From assembly GCA_965214935.1 (NCBI GenBank), contig CBDCCS010000018.1:352001-416000 (forward strand): a stretch of 64,000 nucleotides of DNA. Reading direction: 5' to 3'. The notes under the pieces are model-generated. The model worked only from the letters and a program-made list of their open reading frames with translations, made no database searches and was not told where the DNA came from. Position numbers and translations under genes: made by a program. The stretch is from Candidatus Velthaea sp. (GTDB lineage: Bacteria; Vulcanimicrobiota; Vulcanimicrobiia; Vulcanimicrobiales; Vulcanimicrobiaceae). The stretch's first letter is position 1; the number at the start of each line of letters is the position of its first letter. Positions 28,757 through 36,688 of the stretch are shown one piece after another.

Positions 28757-29475
28757 CGCCGGCTTCTTGGACGTGGGCGCTCGCCTTTGCGCGTTGCGCG
28801 GGCTTCGTTTTCCGGGCGCCGGGGTTCTCCCATCCAAGCGTGCCGGTCGTCGCGCGCGCCGGTATCGCATTCGCGCTCGCGCTCGGGCTGGTGCCGTCGC
28901 TCGAACGTGCACCGCAGCTGCGAACGCCGTTGATCGCAGCCTTCTTTTGTGAGTTGCTGCTCGGTGCGGCGATCGGCTTCGGTGCTTCGGTGTTGTATGA
29001 AGGCGCTGCGGCGGGCGGCCGCGTTCTCGATGATTACGTCGGCATTCAAGTCGCCAATCCGACCGCGCAAGCCGGTGCCGGACAAGCATTCGCGCAGTTA
29101 TGGGGACTCGGTTTCGTCGCCGCGTTCTTCGTGCTCGACGGGTATCAGCTCGTGCTGTTGGCGCTCGCCGATAGCGTCCGCACGATTCCGCCGGGCTCCG
29201 CATTCAGCGCGCCCGGACTCAAAGAATTCGCAGTTTCGATACCGATTCTCATCGTTCGCGCAGCGACGCTCGTTGCCGGTCCGGCGCTGGCGCTGGCGCT
29301 CGTCGCGAACATCGCGCTGGGCGCCATTTCGCGCATCATTCCGCGCTTCAATAACTTTACACTGACGTTCCCGGTCGTTTTCACCGCGGTGTTGCTGGCC
29401 ACGCTCGTTACCCTTCCGACGGTGCTCGATCGCGCCGGACATCCATGGCTCTACTTGCCGATGATTCGGCCGTAA
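28753..29475 (+). CDS. fliR: FliR export gate protein
   Basis: FAR..G....PGF, ELLLG..IG, AG..LD...G, LGAISRIIP.FN. Confidence 0.9.
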   Translation: MTPASWTWALAFARCAGFVFRAPGFSHPSVPVVARAGIAFALALGLVPSLERAPQLRTPLIAAFFCELLLGAAIGFGASVLYEGAAAGGRVLDDYVGIQVANPTAQAGAGQAFAQLWGLGFVAAFFVLDGYQLVLLALADSVRTIPPGSAFSAPGLKEFAVSIPILIVRAATLVAGPALALALVANIALGAISRIIPRFNNFTLTFPVVFTAVLLATLVTLPTVLDRAGHPWLYLPMIRP

Positions 29476-29479
29476 CGCA

Positions 29480-30496
29480 ATGGCGGACGAAGAGAAGCCG
29501 TACGACCCGACGCCGTCGCGTTTGCAAAAGGCCAAACGCGAAGGTAACGTCGCACGCTCGGCCGAGATTGCCACCGTCGCGACGTTCGGTGCGAGCGTCC
29601 TGGCATTGCTCGCTGTTCTGCCTGCCGTCAGCGCCGCGGCACAACGCTGGTACGATCGCTTGGCCCGCAGTCCCGATAGCGCCGCACCCGACCTGGCCGG
29701 CGTGTTGTTCGGTGCGGCTTTGACACCGTTCGTTGCAGCGATCGCTGCGGGCGTCGCCGCAAATCTCGTTCAGGGCGGCGGGTTGACGTTCGTCGCGCCG
29801 TCCTTGAAATTCGCGCGGCTCAAACCGAGCGACAACTTAAAGCGCATGTTCTCCGGTGAAGCCGCCGTAGCGGCGGCGCGCGCGGCGATCACGTTTGCAA
29901 CGGCCGTCGCGTTCGTGTTGCCGACGGCGAAGATTCTCTTCATTCACGCCACGGGTACGACGTCGTTGCCGCTCTTCGGCATGCTCGTTACGTTCGGCGT
30001 GCAGCGCGTCGTTGCCAGCGTCATCGGTATCGGCGCCGTGTTTGCCGTCGTTGATTTCTTGCTCGTCCGTAAGCGCTGGCTCAAGAAACTCAAGATGAGC
30101 CTATACGAAATCAAGAAAGAACATACGGAAAACGAAGGCGACCCGCGCTTGCGCGGCCGGCGTCGGGGCCGTCACCGTTCGCTCATCAGCGGCGCGGTCG
30201 GCAGCGTTAAAAAAGCGGCGTTCGTCGTGACGAATCCCACGCATATCGCTGTTGCGCTCGAATACGACCCGCCGCGCATCGCCGTGCCGGCCGTGCTGGT
30301 GATGGGCGCGGACGAGACCGCTGCAACGATTCGCGCGCTGGCACGCGAGCGGGGCATTCCATTAATTGAAAACGTCCCGCTGGCTCGACTCCTGTGGCAG
30401 ACGGCAGCGGTCGGGCGTTCGGTCCCGCGCGACAGCTTCATCGCCGTCGCGGAAATCGTCAATGCGCTCTCCGCTTCCGCGAGGCCGTCCGTTTGA
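29480..30496 (+). CDS. flhB: FlhB export switch protein
   Basis: EKPYDPTPSRLQKAKREG, KMS..EIKKEH...EGDP, NPTH autocleavage motif, ENVPLAR.L. Confidence 0.95.
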   Translation: MADEEKPYDPTPSRLQKAKREGNVARSAEIATVATFGASVLALLAVLPAVSAAAQRWYDRLARSPDSAAPDLAGVLFGAALTPFVAAIAAGVAANLVQGGGLTFVAPSLKFARLKPSDNLKRMFSGEAAVAAARAAITFATAVAFVLPTAKILFIHATGTTSLPLFGMLVTFGVQRVVASVIGIGAVFAVVDFLLVRKRWLKKLKMSLYEIKKEHTENEGDPRLRGRRRGRHRSLISGAVGSVKKAAFVVTNPTHIAVALEYDPPRIAVPAVLVMGADETAATIRALARERGIPLIENVPLARLLWQTAAVGRSVPRDSFIAVAEIVNALSASARPSV

Positions 30497-32565
30497 TTAA
30501 GCCGATCGTTCTTACGTATACCTTCGCGATGCTGCTGCTCGCACTGGCACTCGGCGTCATCGTGCCGATGCCGCCGTTCATCCTCGACGCGCTGCTCGCC
30601 TTATATATCGTGAGCTGCGGTATCATCATGCTCATCAGCGTGACGGTCGGCGAGCCGCTCGAGTTTTCGGCGTTTGCTCCGGCGCTGCTCGTTGCGCTAT
30701 TCTTCCGGTTCTTGCTTGAAATCTCGGCAACGCGGCTCATCTTGCTGCGCGGCCATGAAGTCGGCGGCGTCGGAAGTTTGATTCCGGCGTTCGGCAACAT
30801 CGTCGTCGGCGGCAATATCGTCGTCGGGCTCATCGTTTTCGCCATTTTTATTACGGTGCAGTTCATCGTCATTGCATCGGGTTCGCAGCGCGTCGCCGAG
30901 GTTGCGGCGCGTTTCACGCTCGATGCGATGCCCGGTAAACAGATGGCTATCGACGCCGAGGTGCACGCCGGCGTGCTGACCGCCGAGGGCGCCCGCGCCA
31001 AACGCGCGCACGTGCAGAAAGAGGCGGACTTCTACGGCGCCATGGACGGCGCGGGTAAATTCGTCAAAAATGACGCACTCGCCGCGCTGATCATCGTTTT
31101 CTGCAATTTGATCGGCGGCATTGCCGTCGGCGTCTTTTATCACGGACTCGACGCCGGCGACGCATTACAAACGTACGCTATTCTCTCGATCGGCAACGCG
31201 TTGGCAACGACGCTGCCGTCGTTTCTGCTTTCAATCGCGATGGGCATGATGGTCACGCGGGTTGCCGCCGACGGCTCGCTCGGCGTCGATCTTGCCAATC
31301 AAGTCCTGGAACGGCCCGACGTCATGCGTTCTGCGGCGGTCCTAGCGCTCGTGCTGGCGATTTTTCCGCCGATGCCGCACGTCGCATTCGGGGTACTTTC
31401 CGCGGGTCTCTTTACGCTGGCCGCGTTGTCGAGTGCGCGTAAGAAGCGCAAGGCGGCCGGTGCCGAGATTGAAGCTGCGTCGACGAAGCGGACCGATGCG
31501 CGACGGCCGGAATCCGCCCTCGGGCTGGTCGGTGTCGATGCGATCGCGGTCGAGTTCGGGGCTGATTTGTGCGGCATTCTACACGGGGAAAACGGCGAGG
31601 CGCTGCTCGATCGCATTAGCGAAGTGCGGCGTGCGCTGGCGACCGAGCTGGGCATCGTCATCCCCGGCGTCCGCTTGCGCGACGACCAATTGCGTCCACC
31701 CGGCACCTACGGCGTACGAGTGCGCGATGAAGTCGTTGCCGGCGGTGCGCTGCGCACCCAAGAAATTCTGGCCGTCGGCCGCTACGATATTTTGGCCACC
31801 ATGGAAGGCGATCTGACGCGCGATCCGGTGTACAATTTGCCGGCCAAATGGGTGCGCGTCGACGAACGCGAGGGCGCGCAGGCCAAAGGCGCGCTGGTCT
31901 TCGATCCGATCTCGATTGTCGGTTCGCATCTAGCCGAGATCGCCCGGCAGCGTGCTTGGCAGATCTTCGGCCGGCAAGAGCTGCAAACGCTCATCGAACA
32001 TCTCAAAAAAAGCGTTCCGGTGCTGGTCAAAGACATCGGCAGCGATATTTTGCCGGTGCCTACGTTGCACAAGGCGTTCACGATTCTGTTGCGCGAACGG
32101 GTATGGCCGCGCGATCCGATTGCGACGATGGAAGCGATGCTCGAAGTTGCAGCGACTTCGCGCGACCCGCGCGACCTTGCCGATGCCGCCCGCAAAGTGC
32201 TGGTCGCGCCGCTGATCCGGCGCCGCAATCTGCGCGAACTTATCGTGCTTATGTTCGATCCCGAACTCGAGCGGCGGATGATCGCCCAGTGGAGTGCCGG
32301 CGAGGTCGCCGATCCGCAACTCGCGCTGCACGTGCGCGAACGGATCGAAAATCACATGCGTTCGGTGCCGCCCGGTCGCGCAGTCGTGCTGTGTACGACG
32401 AGTTTTCGGCGGCTGCTCGCCGAGATGCTCGTTCGCTTCAATATCTCCGTCGACGTCTTTGCGTTTTCCGAGATTCCGGGTGAAATTAGCGTCAAGCCGC
32501 TCGAGGTCGTGAAGCTGCCGGGCGCGGCGCTAGAGACCGAAAAAAATCTTGTGGCGACCCCTTGA
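30493..32565 (+). CDS. flhA: FlhA export apparatus protein
   Basis: RVAEVAARFTLDAMPGKQMAIDAE, FYGAMDGAGKFVK; TTG start overlaps the flhB stop. Confidence 0.96.
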   Translation: MIKPIVLTYTFAMLLLALALGVIVPMPPFILDALLALYIVSCGIIMLISVTVGEPLEFSAFAPALLVALFFRFLLEISATRLILLRGHEVGGVGSLIPAFGNIVVGGNIVVGLIVFAIFITVQFIVIASGSQRVAEVAARFTLDAMPGKQMAIDAEVHAGVLTAEGARAKRAHVQKEADFYGAMDGAGKFVKNDALAALIIVFCNLIGGIAVGVFYHGLDAGDALQTYAILSIGNALATTLPSFLLSIAMGMMVTRVAADGSLGVDLANQVLERPDVMRSAAVLALVLAIFPPMPHVAFGVLSAGLFTLAALSSARKKRKAAGAEIEAASTKRTDARRPESALGLVGVDAIAVEFGADLCGILHGENGEALLDRISEVRRALATELGIVIPGVRLRDDQLRPPGTYGVRVRDEVVAGGALRTQEILAVGRYDILATMEGDLTRDPVYNLPAKWVRVDEREGAQAKGALVFDPISIVGSHLAEIARQRAWQIFGRQELQTLIEHLKKSVPVLVKDIGSDILPVPTLHKAFTILLRERVWPRDPIATMEAMLEVAATSRDPRDLADAARKVLVAPLIRRRNLRELIVLMFDPELERRMIAQWSAGEVADPQLALHVRERIENHMRSVPPGRAVVLCTTSFRRLLAEMLVRFNISVDVFAFSEIPGEISVKPLEVVKLPGAALETEKNLVATP

Positions 32566-32589
32566 AAAAGTAGCCGAACCCCGTGATAG
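32560..32589 (+). promoter_or_regulatory. Conserved promoter-like motif, copy B
   Basis: CCTTGAAAAA-gtagccgaaccc-CGTGATAG. Confidence 0.75.
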
Positions 32590-32637
32590 GGAGGCTGAGC
32601 GGTCACCGAACACATCACAAAGGAGACGTTACGACAA

Positions 32638-33525
32638 ATGCCAGTTAATGCCAACGGCGGCGCAGCGCCGAACGCCGGATTCGAAGCCTCTCTCAACAAC
32701 GAACAGCAAGTGAACCAATTTGACAACTCGGCGGCAAGCTGGGGCAGCGACATGATGTCGACCATCATGAACGACGTCTTCGGCAGCAGCGGTAATCAGG
32801 GTGCTGCGAGTTCTCCCGATGCAATGCACACCGGACCCGTCTCGCAGCAGCAAAACGAGCTGTTGAAGATGGCGATGCAGATCGGCGAGTTATTTGCCGA
32901 ACTCGAACAGCTCGCCGGCCAAGACGGTCTAGGCGGCGGAAGCCAAGGCGCGCCGGGCAGCAGCAGCAGCGGCGGCGGCGCGCAGCCGCAGACGCCCGAG
33001 CAGATTTACGCCGATGCATCGGGCAATTCGGTCGGCGATCCGCACCAGAACTTCAATGGCAATGCGGGCGGCAATCTGCAGACCGGACACACCGACAACA
33101 TGGGCTCGCAGTCGGATCTCATCGATTCGAATAACTCGTTCGCCGGCGGCTATCAAGTGGCGACGACGGCAACGACGCCGGATAAAAACGGCATTGCCTA
33201 TAACGGCTCGGCGACGATCTCGACCAACGACGGCTACGCGCAAGTATCGATGGGCTCCGACGGCAAAGTTTCCGTCTGGGATCAAGGCCAATATCTCAAC
33301 CTCGACAAAGGCCAATCGTTGACGCTCTCGTCCGGCGCGACGGTCAGCGAAGATAAGAACGGCGCAGTTACCGTCGATGATAAGAATGGTGCCGGCGAAA
33401 TGTCGACGACGCTGTCGTACAACGGCCACGGCGTCGACGTCAACTTCACCGCTCACGATGTTGCACTCGGCGGCTACGATACCACGCTCGGCCAGCCCAA
33501 GGCGCAACCGCAAATGGTCGGCTAA
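32638..33525 (+). CDS. Harpin-like acidic Gly-rich protein with GDPH motif (MIIA/DUF1521-like)
   Basis: No Cys; amphipathic helix then GS linker; GDPH at codons 133-136 followed by a beta-rich Asp/Gly domain; RBS AAGGAGA. Confidence 0.65.
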   Translation: MPVNANGGAAPNAGFEASLNNEQQVNQFDNSAASWGSDMMSTIMNDVFGSSGNQGAASSPDAMHTGPVSQQQNELLKMAMQIGELFAELEQLAGQDGLGGGSQGAPGSSSSGGGAQPQTPEQIYADASGNSVGDPHQNFNGNAGGNLQTGHTDNMGSQSDLIDSNNSFAGGYQVATTATTPDKNGIAYNGSATISTNDGYAQVSMGSDGKVSVWDQGQYLNLDKGQSLTLSSGATVSEDKNGAVTVDDKNGAGEMSTTLSYNGHGVDVNFTAHDVALGGYDTTLGQPKAQPQMVG

Positions 33526-33569
33526 GAGCCATCAATCGAGTAACCCAACGTCGCCTAACGTGATCTGCT

Positions 33570-33601
33570 TGCGAGTGCCGTCGACGACGGCGCTCGCATT
33601 T
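33570..33601 (+). terminator. Rho-independent terminator candidate
   Basis: TGCGAGTGCCGTC-GAC-GACGGCGCTCGCA-TTT. Confidence 0.65.
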
Positions 33602-33775
33602 GGATATTCTCATGCAATCGTTGTTGCAGTGCGAGCGCAATTTGCCGATCGCGGCGCACCGGAACTTTGGCTAATCGCGGTCTGTTGCGCAGCCGATCGG
33701 CACGTCAACCGGCCGGCATGCAGCACGTTCGTTCGCCTGTGAGGATTTGACATCGAAGTTGCGTTTGCCGGACGG

Positions 33776-34102
33776 ATGCTTGCCGGACTGGCCGTTATCG
33801 TGGTCGTTCTTTTCGCGTTGCAAGTCGTTGCGCGCAGCGGCTGGCGCACGCGACTGCGCGGGCCCGACCGGCGTCTGATGACGGTCATCGAAACCCTGAC
33901 GCTGCCCGGTGCGACCGCGATGCATGTCGTCAGAATCGCAGATCGTTTCTATGTCTTCGGGCGCACCGGGACGCAGATTGCAAATTTGTGTGAAGTTGCG
34001 CCGGACGGCATCGAGGCCTGGCTGACGGCGAACGCGCAACGCGATCCGGTCCGGCCGACGCCGCTCGCACGACTCGCCGCATTGCTTGGCCCGCGTGTTT
34101 GA
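33776..34102 (+). CDS. fliO: FliO-like export gate assembly protein
   Basis: N-terminal TM followed by VIETLTL......HVVRIADRFYVFG....I..L. Confidence 0.75.
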   Translation: MLAGLAVIVVVLFALQVVARSGWRTRLRGPDRRLMTVIETLTLPGATAMHVVRIADRFYVFGRTGTQIANLCEVAPDGIEAWLTANAQRDPVRPTPLARLAALLGPRV

Positions 34103-34646
34103 TCCCGGCTCGCAGGGCACCGCCGTTATTTCGCGCGCCGGTAAACGGATTCGTATCGGCGTGCCGGACGATGCAGCCGGCATTGCCGAACTCGAAACGG
34201 CGCCGCAGCAAACGCCGTTCGTGATGCCGTGGACGGCGGAATTTCACCGCCGCGCGCTTGCAAGCCCGGATTTCCGCTACTTCATCGCCGATGCTCCGCC
34301 TGATGTTGCCGGCGCCGTCAAACCGCGCGGTTTCGCGATCATCGGCGGATTGCAAACGGCACACCGGGCCGTCGAGATCGTGCGTATTATCGTCGATGGT
34401 AAGCGCTTTGGTTTAGGCGCCGACCTGCTCGATACCGTCGTCCGGTACGCCTTTGTTGAACGCCGCGCGCATCGTATCTGGAGCGACACGTTCGCCGATA
34501 ACATCGCGGTACGCCGCTTGGCGCAGCATTACGGTTTTACCGAAGAAGGCACGTTGCGCGATGCGCTCATCTTCGACGGGCGCTACCGGTCGGTCGTGTT
34601 CATGGGCTTACTCGAAGATGAAGCAAAAAATATTATCGGCCCCTAG
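34086..34646 (+). CDS. GNAT acetyltransferase (RimJ/RimL-like)
   Basis: KRFGLG, HRIW.D..DN..V, GFTEEG.LR. Confidence 0.85.
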   Translation: MARVFDPGSQGTAVISRAGKRIRIGVPDDAAGIAELETAPQQTPFVMPWTAEFHRRALASPDFRYFIADAPPDVAGAVKPRGFAIIGGLQTAHRAVEIVRIIVDGKRFGLGADLLDTVVRYAFVERRAHRIWSDTFADNIAVRRLAQHYGFTEEGTLRDALIFDGRYRSVVFMGLLEDEAKNIIGP

Positions 34647-34671
34647 AAAAACCGGCTTGACCACGTGATAA
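34642..34671 (+). promoter_or_regulatory. Conserved promoter-like motif, copy C
   Basis: CCTAGAAAAA-ccggcttgacca-CGTGATAA. Confidence 0.75.
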
Positions 34672-34695
34672 GCAGAGCGGGAGGTGATATAAATC

Positions 34696-34938
34696 ATGGA
34701 TAGTCTTCTGGGTATGCTCGGTTCGGGAGGCGGCGAAAGTTTGCTTTCCGGTTTGCTCGGCGGCGGTTCGCAAGCAAATCCGTTGAGCGCGTTGCTCGGC
34801 GGCGGCGGATCGAATCTGTTGACCAGTTTGCTCGCTGGCGGCGGTCAAGGGCAAAGTCAGGGCGACAGCATTAGTTCGGGCGACAAAACACTGTCGACGA
34901 TCATGGATGTCGCGCAAATAGCGGCAATGTTCATCTGA
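34696..34938 (+). CDS. Small Gly/Leu-rich harpin-like protein (80 aa)
   Basis: LL..LLGGG repeats, no Cys, RBS GGAGGTG, own promoter motif and terminator. Confidence 0.65.
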   Translation: MDSLLGMLGSGGGESLLSGLLGGGSQANPLSALLGGGGSNLLTSLLAGGGQGQSQGDSISSGDKTLSTIMDVAQIAAMFI

Positions 34939-34980
34939 ACGACCGGGTTACCAAGGTTACAAAGCAACAACGGTAATCAG

Positions 34981-35021
34981 CCAAACCGTTGTTCGCGGAC
35001 TCGCGAACAACGGTTTGGTTT
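34981..35021 (+). terminator. Perfect 17-bp stem terminator marking the end of the cluster
   Basis: CCAAACCGTTGTTCGCG-GACT-CGCGAACAACGGTTTGG-TTT. Confidence 0.8.
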
Positions 35022-35081
35022 GAGCGGCAGGAACGTATGCGCTTCACGGGCGACAACTCGCTATCGGGAATTGAGGTCCGC

Positions 35082-35888
35082 GTGACGCGATTTGAAATTT
35101 TCCGCCGGCTACATCATGCGCCGCCGGTATTGCGCTTACCGACGTGCTGGGATCCGCTAAGCGCGCGAATCTATGAAGTTGCCGGCTTTCCGGCAATCGG
35201 AACGTCGAGCGCGGCCGTAGCAAATGCGCTGGGTACGCAAGACGGCGATTGTATCGATCTCGGCGATCATCTCGCTGCAATCAAGCGAATCACCGCCGTC
35301 GTTACGGTGCCCGTAAGTGTCGACTTCGAGTCGGGTTATGCGACGAACGCCGATCAACTCGCGCGCAACGTCGGGCGTCTTGCGGCGACCGGTGCGGCCG
35401 GATACAATTTAGAAGATAGCCGATCGCAGGCTGAGCTGTATTCGCTCGACGAGCAATGCGCGCGTATCCGGGCGGCGAAAGCGGCGGCTCCGCTGCTGTT
35501 CCTCAACGCACGTACCAACATGATGCTGGAGGATGCCGGCGACCCGCAAGCGCGTCTCATGCAAATTAAAGAACGGCTTGCAGCGTACCTCGGCGCGGGC
35601 GCCGACGGCATCTTCGTTCCCGGCACGAGCGATGCGGAGTTCATTGCCGACCTTGCGGCCACGTTTCGCAAGCGGCCGCTCAACGTTCAAGCCGGACCCG
35701 CAACGCCGCCGATTACCGAACTCGAACGCCTCGGCGTGGCGCGCGTGAGTCTGGGATCGTGGCCGATGCGACGCGCAATGTCGGTCGTCCGCGAGATCGC
35801 TCGTGAATTTGCTCGCGACGGCCGGTTCGATACGATGCACGAAACGATTCCGTCGGATGAGATCAACGCGCTGTTCGCCGCGCGGTGA
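35082..35888 (+). CDS. Isocitrate lyase/PEP mutase family protein
   Basis: WDPLSAR, GTSSAAVA, VDFESGY, NLED, NART, GADGIFVPG. Confidence 0.9.
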   Translation: MTRFEIFRRLHHAPPVLRLPTCWDPLSARIYEVAGFPAIGTSSAAVANALGTQDGDCIDLGDHLAAIKRITAVVTVPVSVDFESGYATNADQLARNVGRLAATGAAGYNLEDSRSQAELYSLDEQCARIRAAKAAAPLLFLNARTNMMLEDAGDPQARLMQIKERLAAYLGAGADGIFVPGTSDAEFIADLAATFRKRPLNVQAGPATPPITELERLGVARVSLGSWPMRRAMSVVREIAREFARDGRFDTMHETIPSDEINALFAAR

Positions 35889-35971
35889 CGTCGGCATAAA
35901 AGTCGCGCGTTGATCTGCTAAGCCGCTCGGCTGAGCGGCCGGTGATTGCAACCACAGGTGAAAGATTGCCG

Positions 35972-36028
35972 ATGAAGATCAGCGCACGCACTCAACTGCG
36001 CGGCGGGATGATGGCGACCTTAAGCTGA
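35972..36028 (+). pseudogene. Remnant of a Mop/TOBE molybdate-binding protein
   Basis: MKISARTQLRG followed by a stop after 18 codons. Confidence 0.45.
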
Positions 36029-36117
36029 TCGCCATCGTTGCTATGCGATCGTTAGCATGCCCGTTCGCGGCGTAACGAAGTTGCCCGTCGTCGTCACGCC
36101 TGAAACTTCGACGTTCG

Positions 36118-36606
36118 TTATTTTGCGCTCGCGACGGTTAGGTTGCCGCAGGCGACATAGTCCTTGATGTCGGCTGTCGACTTGTGGACGTTGATCGCGT
36201 ACGGTCCGGCCATCAAAGTCGAAAGCTTGAGTCCCTTGAGCGTCGTCGTTGACGACCCGTCGGAAACCGTCGTCAATGGATACGCCGGCTTGGGATCGAG
36301 CTTGGCACATGTGCCTTTGTGAATGTGCGCCGGTTGTTCGCCGCTGCCGCCCATAAGTGCCAACTTGACCATCAGACCGCCGGAACTCGGCATGATCGTC
36401 GCCGTCCCGGTTTCGCCCGAGCCGTTCTGCGCGGCAATCTTAAACGTATGGCCCATACCAATGCCGCTCATCGAGTTCATCGCGCCCGATTTCATCGAAC
36501 CCATTGATTTCATCGAGCCCATGTTGTCCGTCGATTGAGCTGCGGCAAGACCGACAACCGACATCGATGCGACGGCGGCTACGGCCGCCGAGAAAAAACG
36601 TTTCAT
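36118..36606 (-). CDS. Exported Met-rich protein with QPAHIH..TC motif (CHRD/CuZn-SOD-like)
   Basis: Signal peptide, MGSMKS repeats, QPAHIHKGTC, INVH, VACG. Confidence 0.65.
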   Translation of the reverse strand: MKRFFSAAVAAVASMSVVGLAAAQSTDNMGSMKSMGSMKSGAMNSMSGIGMGHTFKIAAQNGSGETGTATIMPSSGGLMVKLALMGGSGEQPAHIHKGTCAKLDPKPAYPLTTVSDGSSTTTLKGLKLSTLMAGPYAINVHKSTADIKDYVACGNLTVASAK

Positions 36607-36688
36607 ACGATCGCTCCTCATAAGTGCTGATAGTGCTTGCCCGCGTGGGCTCGGTTGAAACCTCGACGGTTAGACGACGCCGCTCGTG

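Noticed and set aside
12211..34102. Ordinary complete motility flagellum operon
   Set aside because: No filament, cap, junction, stator or full FliG genes in the window, and components are reduced. Not fully excluded without the rest of the genome.
12211..34102. Canonical injectisome (Hrp/Ysc type)
   Set aside because: The components are flagellar-type (FlgB/C/F/G, FliE, FliO, sigma-28) and no SctC/SctD is recognisable.
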